Shown: positions 49,747 through 58,898 of the stretch, one piece after another | Layout of the letters: the number at the start of each line of letters is the position of its first letter | Position numbering within the stretch: position 1 is the stretch's first letter | NCBI GenBank assembly: GCA_024690725.1 | Contig: JAILOQ010000102.1 | Span: 22,100-86,099, forward strand | Direction of reading: 5' to 3' | DNA from: Lachnospiraceae bacterium | GTDB taxonomy: Bacteria; Bacillota; Clostridia; Lachnospirales; Lachnospiraceae | Length of the DNA: 64,000 nt | Translations under genes and position numbers: made by a program | The notes under the pieces: generated by a model | The model's database searches: none | What the model was told of the DNA's origin: nothing | What the model saw: the letters and a program-made list of their open reading frames with translations, nothing else

Positions 49747-51051
49747 TTATTCGTAGCGCAGTGCATCGATGGGCGACATACGTGCCGCGCGCTTGGCCGG
49801 ATACGATCCGAAGACGATACCGACGACCATCGAGAAGATAAAGGAAATAAAGATCGCTCCCATGGGAGGGCTTACCGTGACCGTCATTCCTTCAAACAAT
49901 TCTGAGTTGCTCAATGCGTACTTCGCCACCACGGAAACAAGTCCGCCGTTTACCAGACCCAAAAGGATTCCGATGATACCGCCAATCACACAGATCAAGA
50001 CCGCTTCCACCAAAAACTGCATTTCGATGGCTCTGTTCTTTGCCCCGAGGGCCTTTCGGATACCGATCTCTCTGGTTCGCTCCACCACGCTTACCAGCAT
50101 GATGTTCATAACGCCGATACCTCCGACGATCAGTGAGATCGCGGCAATAACGGAAATCGCAACCGTTACGGCATTTAAAACGGAATTGATCATACCGAGC
50201 TGCTGCTCTAAGCTTTGGACTTCCAAGATGTAATTCGAATCCTTCGGAAGCTTCCGTTCAAAATAATTCTTGGTCCCTTCCATAACCTGGTTTGCATCCG
50301 TACCGGGCTGTAAAAACGCATATGCCATATCCAGTCCCGCATCTTCGCTGCCCAGACCGTAATAATCGAATACGGTCTGTACCGGAACGACAAACGGTGT
50401 CGCTATATCCTTTTCCGCCTGCTTCATCCCGCCGAAACCACTGATCTTGGACGCATTATACTCATAAACACCGATGACATATACGGTAAGTACATCTCCC
50501 GATTCCAGGGTGATCTCCACGCGTTGTCCGATCGGATTGTTATTGTCGAGCGCATATTTTACAAACAGATCCGAAACCATCGCCACATTCCTGTGATCCA
50601 GGCTGTCCTGTATCGTGACACCGCGACCGCGCAGGATCGTCAGTTTGTTCTCATCCTCGTACCCTTCCGTACAGCCGATCACCTGCACCTTTACGTTGTT
50701 TTCTTTACCGACACAAACGGAATTTCCGGGAATATTTCTCATAGCATGGATCGTCGTTACACTACTCTTAAACACTTCCCGGTATTTCAAAAGGTCTTCC
50801 AGCGTGAATTGCGGAAAATCCGAACCGTCGTATGCTTCCCAATCGGCCGGATAATAGGCAAACGCGATCTGATTGGCTCCGGTCATGTCCATGATACTGT
50901 TTTCGATCGTGGAGCGGAGCGTCGATCCGATGGTAGATATCGTAATGACCGAGCTGATACCGATGATGATACCCAGCATGGTAAGAACGGAACGCATCTT
51001 GTTCGAACGTACACACTCGTAAGCCAGCCGTAAGTTTTCAAAGAAATTCAT
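49747..51051 (-). CDS. MacB/FtsX-family ABC transporter permease
   Basis: It has an N-terminal TM helix, a large extracytoplasmic domain and a C-terminal FtsX four-helix bundle (REIGIRKALGA). Confidence 0.88.
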   Translation of the reverse strand: MNFFENLRLAYECVRSNKMRSVLTMLGIIIGISSVITISTIGSTLRSTIENSIMDMTGANQIAFAYYPADWEAYDGSDFPQFTLEDLLKYREVFKSSVTTIHAMRNIPGNSVCVGKENNVKVQVIGCTEGYEDENKLTILRGRGVTIQDSLDHRNVAMVSDLFVKYALDNNNPIGQRVEITLESGDVLTVYVIGVYEYNASKISGFGGMKQAEKDIATPFVVPVQTVFDYYGLGSEDAGLDMAYAFLQPGTDANQVMEGTKNYFERKLPKDSNYILEVQSLEQQLGMINSVLNAVTVAISVIAAISLIVGGIGVMNIMLVSVVERTREIGIRKALGAKNRAIEMQFLVEAVLICVIGGIIGILLGLVNGGLVSVVAKYALSNSELFEGMTVTVSPPMGAIFISFIFSMVVGIVFGSYPAKRAARMSPIDALRYE

Positions 51052-51063
51052 TCGTCTGCCCTC

Positions 51064-51771
51064 CTATCTGTAGTTCTCACTGTTCACATCGCTGATGATC
51101 CTGCCGTCGCTGATCGTAACCTGCCTCTGCGTTTCCGCGGCCAGTTCTTTGCTGTGTGTGATCAAAATGATGGTCTTTTTTTGTTCCTTATGGAGCTTAT
51201 GGAAAATATCCATGATCAATCGTCCGGTCTTGGAATCCAGGGCACCGGTCGGCTCATCCGCAAGGATGATGGCCGGATCGTTTGCAAGCGCTCTTGCGAT
51301 CGCCACACGCTGATTCTGTCCGCCGGATAACTCATTCGACTTATGCGAATAACGCTCTCCCATCCCCATCATCTCCAACAGTTCCATGGCGCGCTCTTTT
51401 CTGGCTGCGCGGCCCACGCCGGCGTACATCAGAGGTACACATACATTTTCCAGCGCCGTTACACGCGGGATCATGCAAAAGTTCTGAAACACAAATCCGA
51501 TGTGCAGATTCCTTATTTCAGACAGCTCCTCGTCCTTCAGCGTGGAAATATTCTGACCGTCCAGATAATACGTCCCGCTCGAAGGTCTGTCGAGCGCTCC
51601 CATAATGTTCATCATGGTGGATTTTCCGGATCCGGACTCTCCGACCAGCGCAACAAATTCCCCGTCGTTCACGGTCAGATTGATATGATGCAGGATCTTT
51701 AACTCATTCTCCTGCCCTTCGTAATAGTTTTTGCAAATATCACACATCTCGATAACTTTTTTCGGTTCCAT
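51064..51771 (-). CDS. ABC transporter ATP-binding protein (MacB/LolD-like)
   Basis: Walker A GESGSGKST, the signature LSGGQNQR and Walker B ILADEPT are present. Confidence 0.93.
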   Translation of the reverse strand: MEPKKVIEMCDICKNYYEGQENELKILHHINLTVNDGEFVALVGESGSGKSTMMNIMGALDRPSSGTYYLDGQNISTLKDEELSEIRNLHIGFVFQNFCMIPRVTALENVCVPLMYAGVGRAARKERAMELLEMMGMGERYSHKSNELSGGQNQRVAIARALANDPAIILADEPTGALDSKTGRLIMDIFHKLHKEQKKTIILITHSKELAAETQRQVTISDGRIISDVNSENYR

Positions 51772-51776
51772 GGCAC

Positions 51777-53600
51777 TTACTCCCCTTCCCCGTCATTGCT
51801 ATCGTCTTTCTTTTCTTCTTTCTTTTTGTCTTTGTCGTCTTTATCGTCTTTATCCGTCACCGGGGCACTTCCGTCATCAACGCTGATCACACCGCCCTCC
51901 ATGACCATTTCCGGATAAAGAACGACCAGATCGCCTTCCGCAAGGTCACCGCCGATGATCTCGGTATAATAATCACTTCCCTGACCGGTTTCCACGGACA
52001 CCGCCGTTACCTGATACAGGTCATTTCCGAGTTCCTTGGCCACAAAGACCTTCTCCTCGCCTTCGCTTCCCATGACAGCGGTATAAGGCACTGCCATCAG
52101 GCTCTCATTGCTTCCGACATGGATCTTGGCCTTTACCTTCATGCCCAAAAGGAGATTCTCCCCGCTGTCGATCGTGATCGTCGCACGATAGGACGCGGAA
52201 GTCGTACCGGTCATCTGTGCCCCCGCAAGGCTCTGTGAAGAGCTTGCACCGGAAGCCGCAATAAAGTCCAAGACCTTCGTAACGGTTCCCTGTCCGGTCA
52301 CTTCTTTTAGCGAGTCATTGGAAATATCCACCGTCTGGCCTTCCGCGATCTTAAAGATATCTCTTTCCTTGATATCCACATTTAACTTAAAGTGTGTCGC
52401 ATCCTCGATCTGCATCAGATTCCCGGTTGCCGCCGCACCTTCCTTGGCGTAGATCGCCGTAACGATACCGCTCTGCCCGGCTGTGATCTGCGCAGACTCC
52501 CGCTGCTCATAATACTTTGCTAAGGTCTGTGCTGTTTGCGACACACCAAGACCGGAAATATACGTCATTTCCTGTGAATCCTTTGCGGAGATCAAAGAGT
52601 CGTTTGCCGCAATGATGATTTTGTTGTAATTATCCGTCACCGCTTCATACGATTCTCCCGCCGCATCCCTGGCTGTCGTGTATTTTGCCAAGGGCTCCAG
52701 CGTTGCTTCGTAGGCCGCTTTTGCAAGGTCCATCTTATTCTTCAATTCTGTCAGCGAGTCTGCAGGTAAGGTATTTGCACTGACGGAGTCCGCATATTCT
52801 TTTGCAAGCGCATCGTAATTGCCCTTTGCCACATCGGAGATGTGTTGTGCCTCCGCCAACTGGCTGACCGCCGTATCATACGCCTTCTTAGCCTTTTGCA
52901 ATTCCCTTGCCGCATCTACGACCTGCCCGTTTGCACTGTGTGTGGCCGCATCCAACTGATGTCTGGAGCTTTCCAGCTGCTTTGCCTGCTGTCTGTCCTC
53001 GGCGCTGGCCTGCTTTTCCAGGGTTGCGATCTGCTTTTCGAGCTCGCTCGTGTCGAGCACACAAAGAAGCTCACCGGCCTGCACTTCATCTCCCACGACA
53101 ACCGTGATGGTCTCCACCGGATAGGTAAGCGACGTGGAAACATACTCCACACTCTGACTTTCCAACGTTCCCGTGGTATTGATATAAGTGGAAATGTCCT
53201 GCATGCCGAACGCTTTTACTTCGGTCTTATTCTCTGTCATCGTACTCAATGCTTTTTTTGCCGCCATCGTGATCGCGATCCCGATTCCGATCAGGACAAT
53301 GAGTACAACCGCCACGATGATCAGGGGAAGAAAGTTTTTCTTCTTTTTTTCCTTCTGCTTCTTTGCCTTTTTGATCTCTTTCATGGCCATCCCCGATGCT
53401 TTCGTTTCTTCCGCCTCGGGTTCGGGCATCGTTTCGGTCTCGTCTCCTGCCGGTGCATCCGTTTCTTCTGCTACCGCCACGTCCGATTCCGTTTCCGGTA
53501 TCTCTCCCACTTCTGCCGTTTCTGTCAACTCTGTGTCCGAAAAAGTTTCCTCTTCGGACGTCGTTTCCAATTCCGATGTTTCAAGTTCTTCTTTTTCCAT
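51777..53600 (-). CDS. HlyD/MacA-type periplasmic adaptor (membrane fusion protein) with an acidic N-terminal extension and a Lys/Asp-rich C-terminal tail
   Basis: It has a TM anchor, a coiled-coil hairpin and lipoyl/beta-barrel-like segments (GDEVQAGELLCVLD). It is in an operon with the MacB-like ABC genes. Confidence 0.8.
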   Translation of the reverse strand: MEKEELETSELETTSEEETFSDTELTETAEVGEIPETESDVAVAEETDAPAGDETETMPEPEAEETKASGMAMKEIKKAKKQKEKKKKNFLPLIIVAVVLIVLIGIGIAITMAAKKALSTMTENKTEVKAFGMQDISTYINTTGTLESQSVEYVSTSLTYPVETITVVVGDEVQAGELLCVLDTSELEKQIATLEKQASAEDRQQAKQLESSRHQLDAATHSANGQVVDAARELQKAKKAYDTAVSQLAEAQHISDVAKGNYDALAKEYADSVSANTLPADSLTELKNKMDLAKAAYEATLEPLAKYTTARDAAGESYEAVTDNYNKIIIAANDSLISAKDSQEMTYISGLGVSQTAQTLAKYYEQRESAQITAGQSGIVTAIYAKEGAAATGNLMQIEDATHFKLNVDIKERDIFKIAEGQTVDISNDSLKEVTGQGTVTKVLDFIAASGASSSQSLAGAQMTGTTSASYRATITIDSGENLLLGMKVKAKIHVGSNESLMAVPYTAVMGSEGEEKVFVAKELGNDLYQVTAVSVETGQGSDYYTEIIGGDLAEGDLVVLYPEMVMEGGVISVDDGSAPVTDKDDKDDKDKKKEEKKDDSNDGEGE

Positions 53601-53667
53601 AATTTCCCTCTCTTCGGTGTTGCCACCTTCGTCCCTATTATTCTAAAATGCTTTTCCTAAAATACTC

Positions 53668-53703
53668 AAAAAAAGCCCATTGTAGAACTTTCTACAATGG
53701 GCT
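53668..53703 (-). terminator. Rho-independent terminator after glgP
   Basis: The minus strand reads AGCCCATTGTAGAA-AGT-TCTACAATGGGCT followed by TTTTTT. Confidence 0.9.
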
Positions 53704-53714
53704 GCTTTCAGTTC

Positions 53715-56210
53715 TTATTTGCCTGTAACCCTCTTTTTCGGTAAGGTCACCTTATCCAAATGCCAGATTTCGTCCACATATTCCTTGATGGTACGGTCGG
53801 ATGTGAACTTCCCGGAGCAAGCCACATTCAAGATCGCGCTCTTCGCCCAAGCCTTCTCATCCTTATAAGCCTCTCCGACTTTCTTCTGTGCTTCCGCATA
53901 GGAACGGAAATCCTTCAGGATAAAGTAGGTGTCCGCTTTGGATGTGGAAAGCGTGTTCAGCAAGGAGTTATACAGATCGCGGAACAGTTCCGTATCTTCG
54001 TTGTAAGTACCGTTGATCAACTGCATCAAAACCTTGCGGATATCCGCATCGTTGTTGAAGATATCCATCGGATTGTAGCCACCGAAGTTCTCGTAACGAA
54101 TGACTTCATCGGAGGACAGACCGAAGATGAATGCGTTCTTTTCTCCGACTTCCTCTACGATCTCTACGTTGGCGCCGTCCATGGTTCCGAGTGTCAGAGC
54201 ACCGTTTAACATGAACTTCATGTTACCGGTTCCGGAAGCCTCCTTGGAAGCCGTGGAGATCTGCTCGGATACATCGGCTGCCGCAAAGATCCACTCCGCA
54301 TTGGATACGCGGTAGTTCTCGATAAATACGACCTTGATCTTTCCGCCGATGGATTCGTCGTTGTTAACAACGTCCGCAACGGAATTGATCAACTTGATCG
54401 TAAGCTTTGCATTACGATATCCGGCTGCTGCCTTCGCACCAAAGATAAAGGTACGGGGATAGAAATCCATATCCGGATTCTCTTTTAATTCATTGTACAG
54501 ATACATAACATGAAGGATGTTCAATAACTGTCTCTTGTACTCATGCAGTCTCTTTACCTGTACATCGAAGATGGATCTGGGATCCACTTCCACGCCGTTA
54601 TGCTCAAGAATGTAGTTGGCAAGACGCACCTTGTTCTGATACTTGATGTTCATGAACTCCTGCTGTGCCTTCTCATCCGAAGCATATACTTTCAATTTCT
54701 TGATCTTGCTTAAGTCCGTGATCCAGTCGCTTCCGACATGTGCGGTTACCCAGTCTGCCAAAAGCGGATTTCCGTGAAGCAGGAAACGTCTTTGGGTGAT
54801 ACCGTTGGTCTTATTGTTGAACTTCTCTGGCATCAGCTCGTAGAAATCCTTCAACTCCTGATTCTTTAAGATCTCGGTATGAAGTCTTGCAACACCGTTT
54901 ACGGAGAAGCCTGCGGCAATGGCAAGGTGTGCCATCTTTACCTGTCCGTCATAGATGATCGCCATCTTGCGGACCTTCTCCTGATTGCCGGGATAAGCCG
55001 TCTCGATCTTGTTGATGAAACGACGGTTGATCTCCTCAACGATCTGATAGATTCTCGGAAGCAGGCGTGAGAACAGCTCGATCGGCCACTTCTCAAGTGC
55101 TTCGCTCATGATCGTATGATTGGTGTATGCACAGGTCTTGGTCGTTACTTCCCAAGCTTCATCCCATTCAAGATAATACTCATCCAAAAGGATACGCATC
55201 AGCTCCGCAACCGCTACGGTCGGGTGGGTGTCATTCAACTGAAATACCACCTTCTCATGGAACTTACGGATATCCTTATGGGTACGCATGTATTTTGCAA
55301 CCGCTTCCTGCACGGATGCGGAAACAAAGAAATACTGCTGCTTTAATCTTAATTCCTTACCGGAATAGTGATTGTCGTTCGGATAAAGAACCTCTACGAT
55401 GTTCTTTGCCAAATTCTCCTGTTCAACGGCCTTCTGATATTCGCCCTTGTCAAAGGAATCGAGCTGGAAGCACTCCACCGGCTGTGCATCCCAGATACGA
55501 AGAGTATTTACGATGCCGTTTCCGTAACCCACGATCGGAAGGTCATACGGAATCGCCGTTACAGACTGATAACCTTCCTGTGTGAAGAGGTTACGTCCGT
55601 CCTTTTGCTGTACGGCTACATAACCGCCGAATTTAACTTCCTTTGCATATTCCGGACGACGAAGTTCGAACGGATTTCCGTCGACCAGCCAGTTGTCCGG
55701 CACCTCGATTTGATAACCGTCACGGATCTCCTGCTTAAACATACCGTATTTGTAACGGATGCCACATCCGTATGCGGAATAACCGAGGGTTGCGAGAGAA
55801 TCAAGGAAACATGCTGCCAAACGACCCAGACCTCCGTTACCGAGTGCTGCGTCCGGTTCCTGATCCTCTACTACATTGATATCAAGTCCCAATTCCTCAA
55901 GCGCTTCCTTGACCGGCTTATATGCCTGTAAGTTGATCAGGTTATTGCCAAGGGCACGTCCCATCAAAAACTCCATAGACATATAATAAACCGTCTTGGG
56001 ATCTTTTTTCTCATATTCTTTTTGTGACTCCAACCAATGATCGATGATCTGATCCTTGATCGCGTATGATACTGCCTGAAATACTTGCTGATCGGATGCC
56101 TCATCCAAGGTCTTTCGATATAAGGTCTTTATGTTATAAAGAACACTTCTCTTGAACAGCTCCTTATCAAAATTCATAGTTGCCGGTGTTTCCTTCTGTG
56201 TACTTGCCAC
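53715..56210 (-). CDS. glgP: Glycogen/maltodextrin phosphorylase
   Basis: The pyridoxal-phosphate site EASGTGNMKFMLNGA is present, along with GLGNGGLGRLAACFLDS. A GTG start follows AGGAGG, but the exact start is slightly uncertain. Confidence 0.95.
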   Translation of the reverse strand: MASTQKETPATMNFDKELFKRSVLYNIKTLYRKTLDEASDQQVFQAVSYAIKDQIIDHWLESQKEYEKKDPKTVYYMSMEFLMGRALGNNLINLQAYKPVKEALEELGLDINVVEDQEPDAALGNGGLGRLAACFLDSLATLGYSAYGCGIRYKYGMFKQEIRDGYQIEVPDNWLVDGNPFELRRPEYAKEVKFGGYVAVQQKDGRNLFTQEGYQSVTAIPYDLPIVGYGNGIVNTLRIWDAQPVECFQLDSFDKGEYQKAVEQENLAKNIVEVLYPNDNHYSGKELRLKQQYFFVSASVQEAVAKYMRTHKDIRKFHEKVVFQLNDTHPTVAVAELMRILLDEYYLEWDEAWEVTTKTCAYTNHTIMSEALEKWPIELFSRLLPRIYQIVEEINRRFINKIETAYPGNQEKVRKMAIIYDGQVKMAHLAIAAGFSVNGVARLHTEILKNQELKDFYELMPEKFNNKTNGITQRRFLLHGNPLLADWVTAHVGSDWITDLSKIKKLKVYASDEKAQQEFMNIKYQNKVRLANYILEHNGVEVDPRSIFDVQVKRLHEYKRQLLNILHVMYLYNELKENPDMDFYPRTFIFGAKAAAGYRNAKLTIKLINSVADVVNNDESIGGKIKVVFIENYRVSNAEWIFAAADVSEQISTASKEASGTGNMKFMLNGALTLGTMDGANVEIVEEVGEKNAFIFGLSSDEVIRYENFGGYNPMDIFNNDADIRKVLMQLINGTYNEDTELFRDLYNSLLNTLSTSKADTYFILKDFRSYAEAQKKVGEAYKDEKAWAKSAILNVACSGKFTSDRTIKEYVDEIWHLDKVTLPKKRVTGK

Positions 56211-56320
56211 TGCTATTTATCCTCCTTTTGGATAGCGAAATCGCCGCCATCTTACTTGCATCGATGTAATTGTGCCACATCAAACACAATTATACTATAA
56301 ATTGTGGAAAATAAAAAGTT

Positions 56321-58000
56321 TTAGCCATAATTTTTTGCTTTTGGATCATAAAAAACAAATCGCCCTTTTCCTTGCTTTTTTGCCGCATACAACGCTATAT
56401 CGGCGGCATGGTACAGTTCCGACCGGGTAGTTCCGTGCAACGGATAGACGGAAACGCCGATGGAACAGCTCAAACGCAGCTGATTTCCGCCATATTCCCT
56501 TCGTTCCCGCATCTTTTCAAGAACTTCATTTAACTTGTGTTTCAGTTCGGCATCCATGCCGGTATTCGGGAGGAATACGACAAACTCATCTCCGCCGAGA
56601 CGTCCGATGGAACCTTTCTCGCCGAAAATCTCGGTGATCACCTCCGCAAAATGGATCAACACCTTGTCTCCGACCGGATGGCCGTAGGTATCATTGATCT
56701 CTTTAAAGAAATCCATATCCAGAAGGATGATGATCGCACGTTCTTTTTCCGCGCCGTCCTTGATATATCCATCGACTCTTCGCTCGATCTCCTTGCGGTT
56801 GTAAAGCCCTGTCATCAGATCATGGGACGCTTCGAGCGCCATTTCCTCAAGCTGCGCATTCTGTTCTTCCCTGGATCTTCGCAGCTCCTGCAGCATCTGA
56901 TTCAGACCGTTGGATAAATGGTCGAATTCCTGGTTGTGACGGATGGACGCATATACGTTGAAATCGCCCTGTGTCACCTGATTGACCAGATGATTCGTCT
57001 GCGCCAATCCGTCTGCGACATCACGCTTGATCGCACGCATGACAAATTTGTATATCAAAAAGAACGAAACCATCAATCCCGCAAATACCGTAAGGCCGGA
57101 AAAGAACGCAGTCCTGCCGGCCTCCCAAAATCCGATATAGGCGTACAGCGTATAGTTTGCGAAACGCGCACGCTTTACAAAAGTTTTTTCTCCGAACAGA
57201 TAGGTGACAAAATGGTCCTCGTCCGGAAGATCGAACAGGGATTCCGCATTTCCGCCGATGTAATTTTCATCCTTCGCACCTACGATATAACCGGAATCGG
57301 TGATCATCACACCACCGTTTCTGCCGACTGTGAGGTTCTCCGCGATTCCCTTGATGGAAACATCCATGCGGCTTTCCACGGCATTCGAAGAATACACCGA
57401 CACCTGAATGATCCCGGGCGCATCCTTTCTGGATATACCGACATATTCCATCTTACGACTCGCGCTGTTTTTTCCACGATCCACACGGCCGCTCTCTACA
57501 ATGACCAGCTTTTCGTTTTCGATCAGCTCCACGTACTTTTTCGTTTCTTCGTAATTGTTCAGATCCTCACCAAAAAACACCGCCGGATAGGATGTGATCA
57601 CCACGGCCTTATCATCCGTGATACATACCTGGTCCAGTTCCTGTTCCTTACAGAAGGAGGCGAACCGCTCCTCATCTTCCAGGACGCTCGGATCCAGCGC
57701 AATATAATCCCGGACCGCCCGCGCTTTTGTATACATGTCCATCTGGTACTCCACCAGAACATTGTTACGCATCACCGTGTATTCATCCAGCTTATCGCAA
57801 CAATACGAAATGGCATCTTCCAGATCCTGTTCCTCATTTATGCGCGTCAAAGCGATCAAAACCACTGCGGTCACGAGCAGACTCAGTACCATTCCCACCA
57901 CACTGACTCTGACGATATCCTTGCGGATCTGCTGCTTCAGGTAAGGCAAACGATTTTTATTATGTCCTTTTCCCCTAACGCTTCTTCTTTCCTCTTTCAA
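56321..58000 (-). CDS. Membrane diguanylate cyclase with an extracytoplasmic sensor domain (Cache-like), a HAMP domain and a GGDEF domain
   Basis: Two TM helices flank a roughly 250-aa domain. A HAMP-like segment and an intact RLGGDEFVVF motif follow. The TTG start lies 13 nt after the upstream stop, with GGGGA as SD. Confidence 0.85.
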   Translation of the reverse strand: MKEERRSVRGKGHNKNRLPYLKQQIRKDIVRVSVVGMVLSLLVTAVVLIALTRINEEQDLEDAISYCCDKLDEYTVMRNNVLVEYQMDMYTKARAVRDYIALDPSVLEDEERFASFCKEQELDQVCITDDKAVVITSYPAVFFGEDLNNYEETKKYVELIENEKLVIVESGRVDRGKNSASRKMEYVGISRKDAPGIIQVSVYSSNAVESRMDVSIKGIAENLTVGRNGGVMITDSGYIVGAKDENYIGGNAESLFDLPDEDHFVTYLFGEKTFVKRARFANYTLYAYIGFWEAGRTAFFSGLTVFAGLMVSFFLIYKFVMRAIKRDVADGLAQTNHLVNQVTQGDFNVYASIRHNQEFDHLSNGLNQMLQELRRSREEQNAQLEEMALEASHDLMTGLYNRKEIERRVDGYIKDGAEKERAIIILLDMDFFKEINDTYGHPVGDKVLIHFAEVITEIFGEKGSIGRLGGDEFVVFLPNTGMDAELKHKLNEVLEKMRERREYGGNQLRLSCSIGVSVYPLHGTTRSELYHAADIALYAAKKQGKGRFVFYDPKAKNYG

Positions 58001-58013
58001 ATAAAATTCCCCA

Positions 58014-58823
58014 CTATTCCTCTACCAGATAGGACTCCAAACTCCATTTTCTTGCCAGATGCTCCATGGTTCCGTCCTGTCTTAACGCATCAAGTGCTTC
58101 GGCTATCTTATCCCTCAATTCCGTATTATCCTTACGCAGGCCGACGCCCACGCTGTTGTCTTTTACATGTTCTTTTAAGATCCGGTATTTATCCGGATGC
58201 AACATGCAATGATACGTCGCCGTTCCGACATCTACGAGCGCGGCATCCGCTGCATTGTAGGAAACATAGGTGATCACCGATTCATTGCCGTCCAATTCGT
58301 AAATACAAGAAAGGTTTTGCATGATTTCCGGCTCTTCCCGAAGTGCTTCCTGCGCGCTCGTCCCGGTCTGCACCGCCAAAGACTTCCCTGCCAGATCCTC
58401 CGCTGTCATAATATCGGATTCCTGCTTGACCAGATAGCACTCTCCGATGGAAAGATAAGCCGGTGTAAATGCGCACAGCTCTTCTCTGCCCTCGATCGTA
58501 AATGCACTCCAGACACAGTCGATCTCACCGTCGTCAAGCATTTTAAACTTCCGATCCCAGTCGATCGGAACGATCACGAGCGAATAATTCATCCGTGCGC
58601 ATGTGGCACGCGCAAGTTCAATATCAAAGCCCGCATACTCTCCGACATCATTTTGATAAGTAAAAGGGGGAAATGCGTCATCGACGCCCACACGAAGAAC
58701 ACCCTCGTATGCACCGGCAACGCGTTCAGATGTGCCCGATATGTCGTCGCTTGTCTTAACACAAGCAACGCAAAGAAGAGCCATTACCAAAAGTAATGAC
58801 AATAGCAATATTGTCCGTTTCAT
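58014..58823 (-). CDS. Family-3 (amino-acid/polar) solute-binding lipoprotein
   Basis: A lipobox (LLCVAC) is present. The sequence is PBPb-like (LRVGVDDAFPPFTY...GFDIELA...DCVWSAFTI...). Confidence 0.8.
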   Translation of the reverse strand: MKRTILLLSLLLVMALLCVACVKTSDDISGTSERVAGAYEGVLRVGVDDAFPPFTYQNDVGEYAGFDIELARATCARMNYSLVIVPIDWDRKFKMLDDGEIDCVWSAFTIEGREELCAFTPAYLSIGECYLVKQESDIMTAEDLAGKSLAVQTGTSAQEALREEPEIMQNLSCIYELDGNESVITYVSYNAADAALVDVGTATYHCMLHPDKYRILKEHVKDNSVGVGLRKDNTELRDKIAEALDALRQDGTMEHLARKWSLESYLVEE

Positions 58824-58860
58824 ATGATTCCCCTAGTACCACAAATTATGTCTTTAGATA

Positions 58861-58889
58861 AAAATAAGGGGCGGCGCCTGCCGCCCCTT
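58861..58889 (-). terminator. Rho-independent terminator after ileS
   Basis: The minus strand reads AAGGGGCGGC-AGGC-GCCGCCCCTT followed by ATTTT. Confidence 0.8.
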
Positions 58890-58898
58890 AAAAACATA

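Noticed and set aside
56918-58273. A 451-aa plus-strand ORF, the longest unexplained ORF in the track.
   Set aside because: It lies fully antisense to the well-supported GGDEF and SBP genes. It has no SD and no recognisable motifs, and its low-complexity His/Arg/Ile composition is typical of antisense frames.
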